Sequence record: OK148440
Direction: 5' to 3' (one strand)
DNA length: 64,000 bases
From: Escherichia phage MLP3
Below are positions 9,559 through 19,618 of the stretch, in pieces. Each line of letters opens with the position of its first letter. The first letter of the stretch is position 1. Below the pieces are notes generated by a model. The model was not told where the DNA came from, did no database searches, and saw only the letters and a list, made by a program, of their open reading frames with translations. The translations under genes were made by a program, and so were the position numbers.

Positions 9559-9774
9559 TTAGTAATGAATCTTTTTATAAATCAGGTTGCTTCCACTTTC
9601 TGTTTCAATCCCTTTCTGGATTGTAATCTTAGAAGCACCGGTATTAGCAATTTTTAAAGCTCGTTTAAAGCGGCGAGCCTCTCTCCGTGTTGTGTATGAG
9701 GAGAAGCTAGGGATTGTACTATCAAAATTAAACCACTTAACTACCCAAAAAGTAATCCAAGGTTTCTTTTCCAT
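9559..9774 (-). CDS. small basic protein, paralog family A (TRQEAR...KK...Y-Cterm)
   Basis: Similar to 11431..11646 and 11646..11858 (W-rich N-term, RREARRFKRALK, C-terminal KKIHY). Confidence 0.5.
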   Translation of the reverse strand: MEKKPWITFWVVKWFNFDSTIPSFSSYTTRREARRFKRALKIANTGASKITIQKGIETESGSNLIYKKIHY

Positions 9775-9775
9775 A

Positions 9776-10105
9776 TTAAATACCTTTCAGAGCTATATCT
9801 AAAAACGCACGGAGGTTTGATTCAGTTTGCATACCGGACAAGCTGTAGTGAGCACCACTGTTCATATTAGGAACTACAAAGGCTGGGATACTACGAACAC
9901 CGTATTCAACAGCTCGCTCTCGACCATCACCTTCAGTGATATTCACTTCTTCAACCTCTACGTTGTAATCAGCTACAACTTTCTTAAACACAGGAGCCAT
10001 AGCTGCACAGGGTGCACAGGAATTACTATAAAACTTAATAACTTTACTCATTCTATTCCTTGTTAATAAACAGATTGATATGACGCTGGGTAGCAGGAAC
10101 AACAA
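9776..10105 (-). CDS. thioredoxin-like protein
   Basis: CAPC active-site motif, SIPAFVV strand, about 109 aa. Confidence 0.65.
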   Translation of the reverse strand: MLFLLPSVISICLLTRNRMSKVIKFYSNSCAPCAAMAPVFKKVVADYNVEVEEVNITEGDGRERAVEYGVRSIPAFVVPNMNSGAHYSLSGMQTESNLRAFLDIALKGI

Positions 10106-10228
10106 TAAAAGACTTATACTGCCCTTTTGCTAAATCATGGGCAATCTTCTTCGTCTGACCAAGACCCATTACACAGCCACTAACGATAATGGCATGTGCT
10201 TGTAGCTCTTCAGGGAGGCTTAATTTCA

Positions 10229-10450
10229 TTATGCAGTCCACAGGTGGAGAAGGAAAGGAATCACAACAGAGAAGACTACCAGAGCAATGCTGCCATGTTT
10301 AATGGGTTTAGCGTCATTCGGGTTCTCTTTAAGCATCTGTTTCTGAGCTACATAAACGATACCGCCAACAAAAATTGCCCATACAGACCATACGATTGCT
10401 GAAAACATACTCATATCCTTATAAAGAAGTTCGCCCCACCTCTTGAACAA
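10229..10450 (-). CDS. small membrane protein
   Basis: Two hydrophobic segments (FSAIVWSVWAIFVGGIVYV; IALVVFSVVIPFLLHLW). Confidence 0.4.
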   Translation of the reverse strand: MFKRWGELLYKDMSMFSAIVWSVWAIFVGGIVYVAQKQMLKENPNDAKPIKHGSIALVVFSVVIPFLLHLWTA

Positions 10451-10471
10451 AGAGACAGGGCGGAGGTTTGA

Positions 10472-11047
10472 TTAGTAAGACACGTCACCACTGGAGTGGG
10501 ACATGTTGCTCTTGACGAAGTAACAGAACTTGCCAAGACCTTCATTAATTTCTTGAAGCATACTCTGATCAACTGGATAGGTGCACAAGTCTGAATCAAA
10601 CTCGTCCATCTTCTCAATGATACACATAAGAGTCATGCACATGTCGGAAAGCATACCGTCCATGTCGAGATCAGCGTTACCTTCTCGGAACCAAGCGTGA
10701 CCTAAATAGTTACTAGCAGTGGCATCCACCTTAACACAATGGAAGCGCATACGCTCTGCTATTCGGTCGCCTGCCTCACGGGCATAATCTTCTAGTTCAT
10801 CGAACATACCATGAACACCTTGGAAACCAGCTCCAGAGACGTTCCAGTGGTAGTTCTTTGCTTTGATGTGTAGAAGTTCAAGGTTAGCCTGCACACCACA
10901 AAGAATGTGCTCTAGGCTGTTACTGCTAATCAGTTTATTCATTCCCTCAAGACGAGAGATAGAAGAATCAGTAGTAGAGAATGGATTACTAGAACCCACT
11001 CTTGTTAGTTCTGGTAAGTCGAAGACATTATTATGCATTAGGTGCAT
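10472..11047 (-). CDS. Dps/ferritin-like protein
   Basis: HWNVSGAGFQGVHGMFDE resembles the Dps ferroxidase-site helix (HWNV...F...H...DE). Confidence 0.55.
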   Translation of the reverse strand: MHLMHNNVFDLPELTRVGSSNPFSTTDSSISRLEGMNKLISSNSLEHILCGVQANLELLHIKAKNYHWNVSGAGFQGVHGMFDELEDYAREAGDRIAERMRFHCVKVDATASNYLGHAWFREGNADLDMDGMLSDMCMTLMCIIEKMDEFDSDLCTYPVDQSMLQEINEGLGKFCYFVKSNMSHSSGDVSY

Positions 11048-11378
11048 CCCCTTCTAAGTTAGTTGAATTAGCTACATTACGAGCAATGTTATCCATGACC
11101 TGCTGTGTAATAACAATGCAATTCTGAGGGTCTACCGATTTAGAACGCCCCATCTCAGGGTCATAGACTTTGACTCGCTTGGCTGTTGAGCCAGTAACTT
11201 GCAACACTTTGAGAAGATAACCTTGGTTTCCAATAGACCATGCAACAACATCACGATTCTTGATATAACGACCAAGCATATCACGATGATAGAACTGCTG
11301 CATAACTTTAGCTTTGCTAATCTCTTCAGATGGCGGGGCCACTTTACTCAAATCTAACATAACTCTCTCCTGTTTCAT
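11031..11378 (-). CDS. hypothetical protein
   Basis: 115-aa ORF. Confidence 0.5.
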   Translation of the reverse strand: MKQERVMLDLSKVAPPSEEISKAKVMQQFYHRDMLGRYIKNRDVVAWSIGNQGYLLKVLQVTGSTAKRVKVYDPEMGRSKSVDPQNCIVITQQVMDNIARNVANSTNLEGDAPNA

Positions 11379-11430
11379 ACAATATTCTTATACTGTATAT
11401 ACATTTGAGAGTTATCATATCTACTACCAA

Positions 11431-11646
11431 CTAGTAATAAACCTTGCTGGATATGAATCCAGCACTGTTATGGATATTTTCAATCCAACGATGAATCTCC
11501 ACCTTTTCAGCGATTCCTAAAGCTTTTGTAGCTTTTATAGTTTTCTTAGCAAGACGAGCCTCTTGTCTTGTGTTGAATAATTGAATACAATCACCACCAA
11601 GAGTTTTGTTAGCCCATTTAGTACGAACTGCCCATAATTTATCCAT
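11431..11646 (-). CDS. small basic protein, paralog family A
   Basis: WAVRTKWANK...NTRQEARLAKK...SKVYY; tandem with 11646..11858. Confidence 0.5.
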   Translation of the reverse strand: MDKLWAVRTKWANKTLGGDCIQLFNTRQEARLAKKTIKATKALGIAEKVEIHRWIENIHNSAGFISSKVYY

Positions 11647-11858
11647 TAGTAATGTACCTTTCCGCTGATATAGAAACGACCTGATTTAAAGTCTTGAGCT
11701 TTGTGGATAGTGATCTTATTAATTGTGCTTTCACAACTTAATAAGAACTTCTTATGAGCGCGAGCTTCTTGACGGGTATTCCTAATACCCATTGACTCTG
11801 TACCACTGCTCCAGTGAATACGAACTACCCAACGTCTTTTCATTGTTCCAAACTCCAT
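11646..11858 (-). CDS. small basic protein, paralog family A
   Basis: WVVRIHW...NTRQEARAHKK...GKVHY. Confidence 0.5.
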   Translation of the reverse strand: MEFGTMKRRWVVRIHWSSGTESMGIRNTRQEARAHKKFLLSCESTINKITIHKAQDFKSGRFYISGKVHY

Positions 11859-12049
11859 TATCTGTCAACCGATTTAGGGACAAACTGCATTACACAGACC
11901 TGACTACGAGGGAGATTTATTTCACAAGCGGCTCTTCTCGTCTCAATCTTAACGCTAGAATCTGGACCAACGTTAGATATAAATACTCCCATAGCAAATG
12001 CCCCAACTACAAAACCTATAGCTAAGTAAGTAGCTTTTTCTTCTTTCAT
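11858..12049 (-). CDS. small membrane protein
   Basis: N-terminal hydrophobic helix LAIGFVVGAFAMGVFI. Confidence 0.4.
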   Translation of the reverse strand: MKEEKATYLAIGFVVGAFAMGVFISNVGPDSSVKIETRRAACEINLPRSQVCVMQFVPKSVDR

Positions 12050-12054
12050 CTTGG

Positions 12055-12588
12055 TTATACACCCTTAGATGCAACTACACCATTACTGCCGTTGTATCGA
12101 CCCTTCACTGCATAAGAGTCATCACCAGCGTGAGAGTGTTCGAACATAACCATTTGACCAACACGCATCCCAGCACGAACTCGTAAGCTATGATTATGGG
12201 TAACGTTATGAAATTCAAAGGTTAGTTTACTGCTGTTAAACCCTGCATCAGCCCAACCAGCATGGAGGTGGTTTAAACCACAACGAGCCATTGAGGAGCG
12301 AAGTACAAACAGGCTTGAGATGTTATCTGGAAGGTTAAACTCTTCCATTGAGTGCGCTAAGAAGAATTGCCCCGGAGTGATAACAATACCATCTTCAGGG
12401 ATTTTTACTTCTTTCCACTTGAGGTTTTCTTTAGCATCAATGTCAACAATTCCGTCAGCCTGTTCTTCAACAAGGATAGTATCACCAATACGGATATCCA
12501 CGCTAGCAGCGTTAACATATTTATGCTCCGCATCTAAAAAGCCATTATCAATAACGCTGTGTAATTCTTGAGAACCTAAAAGACTCAT
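12055..12588 (-). CDS. dcd: dCTP deaminase
   Basis: dCTP deaminase/dUTPase-fold motifs VDIRIG, GWADAGF, GRYNGSNG. Confidence 0.8.
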   Translation of the reverse strand: MSLLGSQELHSVIDNGFLDAEHKYVNAASVDIRIGDTILVEEQADGIVDIDAKENLKWKEVKIPEDGIVITPGQFFLAHSMEEFNLPDNISSLFVLRSSMARCGLNHLHAGWADAGFNSSKLTFEFHNVTHNHSLRVRAGMRVGQMVMFEHSHAGDDSYAVKGRYNGSNGVVASKGV

Positions 12589-14036
12589 GAGTTTCTGTTT
12601 CCTTGTACAGATGATGCCAAATTATTAATCATGTTACGAGCTGTTTCACGAGATAGTGTAACACCTGCTAAGTTGTTATGAAGCTCACCAGATAGCTCAC
12701 GAGCAGCAGCTCGAAGTTCTGTACCAAGTGTAGTATCGGAGTGAGCCAAACCATTACGACGACTATAAGGTCGAGGAGCTTCGTTAGCGTCATTAGCCAA
12801 TGATGCAAAACCAATACGAGCAGCTTCACGAGCCGCTATAGTTGACACTCGATCTTCCGTAGGGGTTGGCAAATCACCAACTTCTACACGTTCTATATCA
12901 CCAGCACGTAGACCCTGAGCGACTGAGCTTACTGTTTCCCATGAACGACGAGAACGCTGTAAATCACCCATTGACGGAGAAGGAATAGGACGAGCAGTTC
13001 CTCCTTGGACATGCCATGTACGAGTATCCATTCCAGAAGAGCGTGCACTACCAAAACTGCCAGTGAAAGTGTCACGAGGTGCCATTGTAGGAGGAACTGC
13101 GAATCTTTCCTGTTGCCAAGAATCGCGTCTGTTAGTTCCCGGAGTCCAAGGTTGTTCAATTGCTTCAGCACCGATAGTAACTAATCCACTAGACCATTCT
13201 GTCTGTAGGTTAACTTCTTCATCAAGATAAATACGACCCCTTTCCTGAGGAATATTTAATGCAACCTCCATCATCTTCAGGGTATAATGACGACGTTGAT
13301 TCTGGTATAAGTTTACACCAGCCATAGGTCCAACTAACTCACTGATTGGATAAACTTCTGGCTCACCAAAAGCACCCATCGCAAGGTGCATGTATTCGGT
13401 AGAACTGCTATAAACTGCAACAGTTGCTTCAGGCCACTTTTTGTAGACATACTTCATTTCACGGCCTGTCACCACAGGGATAGAATCAGTATATGCCATT
13501 GCAAACAAACCTTCGTTTGACACATACATATCATTAAGAGTCATAAATCCTTGACAGATCATAGGGAAACGACGACTCAAAGTATCCATATCCAAAGGTA
13601 GATTAATCATCATCTGGATTTTAACTTGATCAATCTCAATTTCCAGAATCTCTTGGAAAGTGAAAAGTGATTCAGTATAGGTTGTTCCACTGATAGGCTG
13701 AACTAAGCGAGATGTGGTTTGAAGTCCTTTACTTTCTGTCCAAGATAAGAAGTTGTCAAGGAAAAGTGCAGCATTACCTGCGTTAGCAGGGCTGTTTTCC
13801 TGACGAGTGTTCCAACGAAACCCTCCTTGAACTAGGAAGATATCAACATCATTCGGAGTTCGATTTTGGAAGAACGTATCACGGATAGCACCACCTGCAA
13901 TAACAGGATAGATGCCATCAGGAACTACGTTGTCTCTGATCAGATTGCGAATCAGATCAAGCCCTACGCTGAGGGCTTCTCCTTCTTGAAGGTTTAATTC
14001 AGACAATGGAATCTTAATCATTTCTACATTTTCCAA
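12585..14036 (-). CDS. Pol-beta superfamily nucleotidyltransferase (CCA-adding/polyA-polymerase-like head domain)
   Basis: IAGGAIRD ... DVDIF matches the GG-x-VRD / DxD motif of tRNA nucleotidyltransferase head domains; C-terminal 250 aa low-complexity. Confidence 0.55.
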   Translation of the reverse strand: MENVEMIKIPLSELNLQEGEALSVGLDLIRNLIRDNVVPDGIYPVIAGGAIRDTFFQNRTPNDVDIFLVQGGFRWNTRQENSPANAGNAALFLDNFLSWTESKGLQTTSRLVQPISGTTYTESLFTFQEILEIEIDQVKIQMMINLPLDMDTLSRRFPMICQGFMTLNDMYVSNEGLFAMAYTDSIPVVTGREMKYVYKKWPEATVAVYSSSTEYMHLAMGAFGEPEVYPISELVGPMAGVNLYQNQRRHYTLKMMEVALNIPQERGRIYLDEEVNLQTEWSSGLVTIGAEAIEQPWTPGTNRRDSWQQERFAVPPTMAPRDTFTGSFGSARSSGMDTRTWHVQGGTARPIPSPSMGDLQRSRRSWETVSSVAQGLRAGDIERVEVGDLPTPTEDRVSTIAAREAARIGFASLANDANEAPRPYSRRNGLAHSDTTLGTELRAAARELSGELHNNLAGVTLSRETARNMINNLASSVQGNRNS

Positions 14037-14572
14037 TTTAGAGATGGGGGATTCTTATAATCAAATCCAGCCATTTGACAAAGACACATGTAAACTTTAA
14101 CTGTCAAGTTAACGTCTTGCTCACAATAGGCGAACATGTCTTCAGTGAATGCGTCCCATGCCTCCTCCTGTTCTCCATAATCTCCTTTCAGCTCCCCAAG
14201 AAACTCGCCCCATTGTTTGAGGCCGTGACCACGAGGGCCATGTCTAGGGTCGCCTTTGGGGTATTCTGGACTATCACCAATACGGTCAGGCTTGAGATAT
14301 CTACTCAGGCACAAAGTATCGAAGACGTTAAAGCGAAAAGGTATCACATGAGAATAAAACTTAAACAAAGCAGGAAGGTCAAAATCAATAATATTGTGAC
14401 CTATTACTACATCAGCTTCTTTCAGTTTGTGTAGTGCTTCTTCAATTTGGTGAGGGCGATACCCCCACCGCTCTCCAGATAATACATCAAATATCCAGAT
14501 ACACCAGACATTCTGAATACCATCATAGAGATTATCCCCCTCAATATCAAACGCATACAGTTTCTTTACCAC
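14024..14572 (-). CDS. DEDDy 3'-5' exonuclease (stand-alone PolA proofreading domain)
   Basis: Exo I FDIEGD, Exo [11 protein letters not shown], Exo III YCEQDV. Confidence 0.8.
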   Translation of the reverse strand: MVKKLYAFDIEGDNLYDGIQNVWCIWIFDVLSGERWGYRPHQIEEALHKLKEADVVIGHNIIDFDLPALFKFYSHVIPFRFNVFDTLCLSRYLKPDRIGDSPEYPKGDPRHGPRGHGLKQWGEFLGELKGDYGEQEEAWDAFTEDMFAYCEQDVNLTVKVYMCLCQMAGFDYKNPPSLNWKM

Positions 14573-16356
14573 GGACGTGCCTCCCCTTCTTGTGCAAGTA
14601 AGGAAGCTGCATCCTCTCCATTGGTAACGGTAAAAGGATGCTCTTCATCAACTTCATGATCTTCTCGTTCTACAAGACGACCTGTTTCATTGATGTATTT
14701 GGTATAGCAAACCCCTGTCTGTCCATAGTTACGCTCTTTGAGCAGTCGTATGATTGACAAGTTTTTACCTAACCCATCCGCTTGTTTGTTACGTTCAAAA
14801 CCAATAATACACTGACACCAGCGCATCAATGAACGTGAACCAGTAAACTGTACTTCTTTAACCTGACCACCTTCTTCGTGGGGTGCACCACCTGCCGGAG
14901 CGTTCAAGTGAGATAATACAAAAGCAGTGAAGTCTAATTCCTTACACATACCAGCAAGCTCTGAAGCAATCTTGCTGATTTCTGTGTTTACCTCAGATGG
15001 GGTTAAGTGAGATACCAATGCAGTGATGTTATCAAGAATGATAAATTTACACTGATTCTCAACTACCCAAAAGCGAATACACTGCTTAATGTCTTCCCAC
15101 TCGTTCTGCCCAAAGTTGTCATACAAGAAAAACTTATCAGCGTATCGAAGTGCTTCATCTCGTAGCTGGCTTTCTTCGTACTCAACATCCGGTCGGTGGA
15201 ATGGAATAGATGCAGATTTACCTGCAATGTTCTTAACAGACATGCCTACCTTCTCTTCCAAGAAGAAGCCACCACCATTAAAACCATGCTCAAGGCAAAG
15301 CCATGCTACTAGTTCGTGTGCGATTAAGGTTTTACCTGAACCAACACCACCGCCGATTGCAACCATCTCTCCCCAACGAATACCAAAGGTCATGTCGTTA
15401 AGAGTTTTCCACGGATAAGGAATACCCCATTCCGCTTTCTTCAGAGCATCTTCGAGGCAATCAAAAACTGTAACAGCGCCGGCAGGAGATTCCCGCTTAG
15501 CTGAATACTTCAGATTGTTGAAAAGCTCTTGACCTCTCCCTGCAAGTAACATGTCGTTTGCATCTTTGATTTCCTTTTCTTGTCCGTTATAAGTGAACGT
15601 ACCTTTTGGAATCCTTGCAAACTTAACATGCGGGTACAGAGAACGACCCTTAGTTAAAGCAATCTCACCTGCATCATCATTGTCCATGCAGAGTACAATC
15701 TCCTCGAAACCATTAATAAAATCACGGTTTCTTGATAATACAGAAGAGATTGAACCTGCACCGAACGGAAGAGAGACGCAAGCAGGTTTGATGTTAGTTG
15801 CGTTTGTAAACGCGGTAAGTACGTGGAACCCAGACATACAAGAGAGAGGATCTTCAAAGATGAAGAGTTTCTTGTTGTATACGTCACCACGTTGTGCTTG
15901 AGCCATACCAAACAAGTCGGCTTCTTTCACATTACCTACATAATAGAACTTCTTGCTGTCTAGAAGTTTTACTTCATATCCAACAATGTTCCCATCACGT
16001 TCACGAGGGAAGAAGTAGCTGTCAGGAGTTTGACCATCTGTTTGGCTTAAACCGATACGGCATCCATAACGTTCAGATACAGCTTTAGGAATTAAGCGAC
16101 GAGTCAACTCTCCCTGAGGAAGCTCTAAGCAATCGTCTAAGACTTCTCGGAGTTCTTCAGGGGACAGCTCTTTCTTTTCATTAGGAGTGGGCGTCGTTCC
16201 TTTCTCGAAGATTTCATACGCACCACATCTGTTACATGAACCCCACTCCTCACCGGACTCTTCATTTCGGAAGAGAATCATGTGATTGCGGGTCTTATCA
16301 CGACCATGAGAGATACACTCTTTACAGCCTGTGTCTCCCAAAATGATCTTTGACAT
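14566..16356 (-). CDS. primase-helicase (T7 gp4-like; zinc-finger + TOPRIM + DnaB-type helicase)
   Basis: N-terminal CKEC...CNRCG zinc ribbon; Walker [10 protein letters not shown]; helicase motif SHLN. Confidence 0.85.
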   Translation of the reverse strand: MSKIILGDTGCKECISHGRDKTRNHMILFRNEESGEEWGSCNRCGAYEIFEKGTTPTPNEKKELSPEELREVLDDCLELPQGELTRRLIPKAVSERYGCRIGLSQTDGQTPDSYFFPRERDGNIVGYEVKLLDSKKFYYVGNVKEADLFGMAQAQRGDVYNKKLFIFEDPLSCMSGFHVLTAFTNATNIKPACVSLPFGAGSISSVLSRNRDFINGFEEIVLCMDNDDAGEIALTKGRSLYPHVKFARIPKGTFTYNGQEKEIKDANDMLLAGRGQELFNNLKYSAKRESPAGAVTVFDCLEDALKKAEWGIPYPWKTLNDMTFGIRWGEMVAIGGGVGSGKTLIAHELVAWLCLEHGFNGGGFFLEEKVGMSVKNIAGKSASIPFHRPDVEYEESQLRDEALRYADKFFLYDNFGQNEWEDIKQCIRFWVVENQCKFIILDNITALVSHLTPSEVNTEISKIASELAGMCKELDFTAFVLSHLNAPAGGAPHEEGGQVKEVQFTGSRSLMRWCQCIIGFERNKQADGLGKNLSIIRLLKERNYGQTGVCYTKYINETGRLVEREDHEVDEEHPFTVTNGEDAASLLAQEGEARPW

Positions 16357-16391
16357 GCTCTATCCTCCTTGGAATTCCTTGAGCAATCTTC

Positions 16392-16598
16392 TTAGTAAAA
16401 CGATCGTATTTCTTCCCACACATCATCTTGCAAGTTTCTAAAACCCTGCAAGGTTTGCTTTGTTCTGTGAATAAATTCTTCAGAGTGCTTATCAGGTGTG
16501 AGCATACTGACAAACTTTTCATAGCGATTAATCTTCCACCGCATCTTCAAGTAGTCAGATTCCAGCTTTCTTAACTTCTGCCTGTCAGTTACTGTCAT
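16392..16598 (-). CDS. small hypothetical protein (ORF 16392..16694 trimmed to internal ATG)
   Basis: ATG at 16598 with AGGTGAGAAGG upstream; longer form overlaps the GGCT-like gene by 110 nt. Confidence 0.35.
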   Translation of the reverse strand: MTVTDRQKLRKLESDYLKMRWKINRYEKFVSMLTPDKHSEEFIHRTKQTLQGFRNLQDDVWEEIRSFY

Positions 16599-17016
16599 CC
16601 TTCTCACCTGCCAGATATGCTGTCCAGTCACCAGATTCAACCAGAACATCTTGTTCTTCGTCGATGTGATAAATCCATGCTTCCACAGTTTCACCGCTAT
16701 CCAATAATACTGGAATCAGCGTACGCTTGTAAAAGGTGTATGGGTTATCATTACCACGATGACCTTCTAGACCGTCATACGGACCTTCCAGACCAGCTTG
16801 GGTTGTTTCAAAGACTTCTACACGAACAGGCTTACCATTGCTATCATGCTCCAAAGATACACTTGGGAAGTATGCTGTGCAATACTGATACAGGTTACAG
16901 TTGTTGACTGTCCACCCTTCACCAATAGACACACCACCTGCACGAGCGTTGATAGCGTGGTTGTGTTGACCTTTACGAAGAGAACCATACGTTGCAACTA
17001 ATACTTTATCAGACAT
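16585..17016 (-). CDS. gamma-glutamyl cyclotransferase-like (AIG2/GGCT fold) protein
   Basis: N-terminal VATYGSLRKG motif characteristic of GGCT/AIG2-like proteins; about 143 aa. Confidence 0.6.
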   Translation of the reverse strand: MSDKVLVATYGSLRKGQHNHAINARAGGVSIGEGWTVNNCNLYQYCTAYFPSVSLEHDSNGKPVRVEVFETTQAGLEGPYDGLEGHRGNDNPYTFYKRTLIPVLLDSGETVEAWIYHIDEEQDVLVESGDWTAYLAGEKDDSN

Positions 17017-17020
17017 TACA

Positions 17021-17218
17021 TTACCTTTTGTTTAAGATTTCTTTTGTACAAGAAGTCCCGTTACACACGAGAATTGTTTGAGTTACAGAATCGACAACCG
17101 TTACATGACTGCCACATTGAGTTATGATTTGACCTCTCCCTGAATCTTTAGAGATACACTCATCAGCGGCAATTGCTGATACGCTGAACAAGGAGAGTAG
17201 GAGTAGAATCTTTTTCAT
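17021..17218 (-). CDS. small secreted Cys-rich protein
   Basis: Signal-peptide-like N-terminus MKKILLLLSLFSVSAIAA; six Cys. Confidence 0.5.
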   Translation of the reverse strand: MKKILLLLSLFSVSAIAADECISKDSGRGQIITQCGSHVTVVDSVTQTILVCNGTSCTKEILNKR

Positions 17219-17224
17219 GGCAGC

Positions 17225-17641
17225 TTACCAATCATATTCGAAACCAGAATAGCCGGAGAAGAGGATTGATCGGATTGTCTTTTCAGGAAATTCTTCAAAA
17301 CTTTCCTTAATAGCCCCCTTGGTTTCATCAGACACTGATCCTTTTTCACCAAACCAATATTCTCCAAAAATGTCAGAGAAGGTATAGGTTCGATATTTTT
17401 CCAAGTAGTAACAACCTTCCACCGCATCGGTAACCTCCTCACTGATGACACAAGAAGCTACAGGGAAAAGTGAGCTGTGCTCCATAAACAAACACCAACG
17501 ATTAAAGAGAGGAATCTCTTCATCTTTCAGAAGACTTTCTAATTCTTCCTTTGCCTCTTTCTTGTGCTTCTCAAAGAGGTTTTTGGAATACTCTACATCT
17601 AAGATATGGCTTTTAAACATATCCAGTTTATTGTCAACCAT
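17225..17641 (-). CDS. hypothetical protein
   Basis: 138-aa ORF. Confidence 0.5.
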   Translation of the reverse strand: MVDNKLDMFKSHILDVEYSKNLFEKHKKEAKEELESLLKDEEIPLFNRWCLFMEHSSLFPVASCVISEEVTDAVEGCYYLEKYRTYTFSDIFGEYWFGEKGSVSDETKGAIKESFEEFPEKTIRSILFSGYSGFEYDW

Positions 17642-17698
17642 TTTACAACCTCCAGTTAAATTCGAACTAGCCCCCTCTTTCGAAGAGGCTAAAGCAAA

Positions 17699-17884
17699 TT
17701 ATTCTACTTCGAAGTGTTTGATCACACCAGTCAGTACATCAGATTGGAACGTACCTACTAGCTCTGTACCTCGGAAAAAGTTAACACTTGTTCCAAGTGA
17801 TTCAAAGCGATCTGCTTGAATGTCCAGAGATTGAATATTTCCTTCTGCTGACATTGTACGAAACATGATTGTGTATTTATTCAC
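17699..17884 (-). CDS. hypothetical protein
   Basis: 61-aa ORF. Confidence 0.4.
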   Translation of the reverse strand: MNKYTIMFRTMSAEGNIQSLDIQADRFESLGTSVNFFRGTELVGTFQSDVLTGVIKHFEVE

Positions 17885-18123
17885 AGACTTGTTACTCCCT
17901 TATCTGCTTGTGCAATTGCGATGATACGCTCAGCACATTCCATTGAATATTTATCACCTCGTTTGAGGAAGGTGATGATTGCAGAGAACTGATTACCAAT
18001 CATTCTCTTATTTGTGATACCGAACTCTTCACAGAGTTGGTTGATAGCTTTACGAGAGCCTACAATCAGAGGCTCTTTTTCTTCGGTCATTCCACGGCTG
18101 ATCAAATCTTCGATAGACAACAT
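17881..18123 (-). CDS. hypothetical protein
   Basis: 80-aa ORF. Confidence 0.45.
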   Translation of the reverse strand: MLSIEDLISRGMTEEKEPLIVGSRKAINQLCEEFGITNKRMIGNQFSAIITFLKRGDKYSMECAERIIAIAQADKGVTSL

Positions 18124-18149
18124 TACAAATTCCTTTTTGTTTAATTTAA

Positions 18150-19385
18150 TTACAGAGTTACTGCTACTTCGCTACCCTCAACATTGACAGACTCTAACTT
18201 GCGAGGGTTATGAATCTGGACTGGATTGACCGGAACGTTCCAACCACTGCGGTAGAAGTTACGACCATCACAGAACAGGATGACATTGGCAGACATTGCA
18301 TTCGGTTGCAGGTTGTTGTGGACATGACGGATATTTGCAATCCAGTAGCCACGAGACAAAGTGTAGCCAGTAGGTGCATTACGAATAGTTTGAGTATTCA
18401 TCTGACCTTCCAGTTGCATTTCTTCAGGAACCACATCAACTGAATCAATCGGCTGTGCTACTTGTCCTTCCAGTGCAAAGTTTTCATCATCAGCACTTTC
18501 AATATCATCCACCAACTCACCGTCTCCATCTTCAATCGGAGTCTGGTAAACCACTTTATACTGAGGAGTATAGAGAGGGTTTTGAGCTTTAACAAACTCA
18601 AGAATGTTATGACGGTAGGTATCCAGAGTTGTACCAGTCAGGCCCGGTGCTGTATTAACTTCCAGTACCCACGCTTCTTGACCTTTGGTGATAATATCAA
18701 CTGCACCGAAATCCAGACCCATTGATTCAACAGCTTTCACTGCATTGATCAGAGAGGCGTCATTCGGAGCATCTGTGAAGGAGCTTGAGTAAACCCAGCC
18801 AGTGTGGTGATTACGAATATCTTCACGATAGTTAGGGTCTTCGCGATAACCATTGCGACGAATCTTCTTCTGAACATAGGTGATTACACCTTTGAACACA
18901 TGGACACGCCACTCACGACGTGGGCCTTGAATGCCTTTAGTGTACAGTTCAGCTCGACCAAGACCATCACCCGGTTCTACAACAACAATGCCCGAACCAG
19001 AGTGACCAGTCAGCTCATGGCGCTCATACACAATATTACCAGTGTTTGACCACTCTTGAGCAGTCTCTTGAGCATCTGTGTATTCCACAGTTTTAACACC
19101 TGCTTGGTCCATCACGCTGAAAGCACGACGTTTGTTCGCTGCCATATGTAAGGCTGCGGTACGGTTAAGGACGGTTGCAGAACCAAAGAATGATTCAGGA
19201 TAGCGACGGTTCCCGTAGTTAACAACCACATCACCTTCACGAGAACGCCAGCGGCTATTCTCTGAAAGAAGACCCATCACGTTAGCATTGATGCGTTCAT
19301 CACGGATAGTATCACTGATAGCAGATACTAGAGCGTTAACAGAATCAGACGGGCCATACGGAAGAACACGGATACGAGTAGTCAT
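18150..19385 (-). CDS. ATP-grasp family ligase
   Basis: ATP-grasp signature WVLEVNTAPGLTG and glycine-rich ELTGHSGSGIVVV. Confidence 0.7.
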   Translation of the reverse strand: MTTRIRVLPYGPSDSVNALVSAISDTIRDERINANVMGLLSENSRWRSREGDVVVNYGNRRYPESFFGSATVLNRTAALHMAANKRRAFSVMDQAGVKTVEYTDAQETAQEWSNTGNIVYERHELTGHSGSGIVVVEPGDGLGRAELYTKGIQGPRREWRVHVFKGVITYVQKKIRRNGYREDPNYREDIRNHHTGWVYSSSFTDAPNDASLINAVKAVESMGLDFGAVDIITKGQEAWVLEVNTAPGLTGTTLDTYRHNILEFVKAQNPLYTPQYKVVYQTPIEDGDGELVDDIESADDENFALEGQVAQPIDSVDVVPEEMQLEGQMNTQTIRNAPTGYTLSRGYWIANIRHVHNNLQPNAMSANVILFCDGRNFYRSGWNVPVNPVQIHNPRKLESVNVEGSEVAVTL

Positions 19386-19387
19386 TT

Positions 19388-19618
19388 TTAGATACCTTTT
19401 AGTTTAAGAATTTCGTTACGACAGGATTGAATTTTAGCTTCGATTGCCCAATACTCAGCGAACATTTCGTCTTCTTGGTCATCGCTTGGAGAGTCGATTA
19501 AGTTAAAAGCAAACGGATACAGCTTTCGCTGCTCCGTTACCAGTTGTTGAAGTCGGAGTTGTTGATACTCCAGCATTGTCAGGTGAGGCTTAGCTCCCTT
19601 GCTTGACATGAGGCTCAA
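19388..19618 (-). CDS. hypothetical protein
   Basis: 76-aa ORF. Confidence 0.45.
   Translation of the reverse strand: MSLMSSKGAKPHLTMLEYQQLRLQQLVTEQRKLYPFAFNLIDSPSDDQEDEMFAEYWAIEAKIQSCRNEILKLKGI

Noticed and set aside
10053-10241. 62-aa ORF overlapping the thioredoxin gene start by about 50 nt
   Set aside because: Substantial out-of-frame overlap with a well-supported gene and no clear SD; could be real but evidence is insufficient.
14075-15418. Plus-strand ORFs (14075..14434, 15089..15418 and similar) antisense to the exonuclease and primase-helicase genes
   Set aside because: Fully embedded in strongly supported minus-strand genes, lack SD sequences and have atypical composition; treated as antisense noise. 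The same applies to most plus-strand ORFs within 1-40000 and minus-strand ORFs within 42000-64000.
16322-16522. 66-aa ORF overlapping both the primase start region and 16392..16598
   Set aside because: Overlaps two better-supported genes in a different frame, with no SD.
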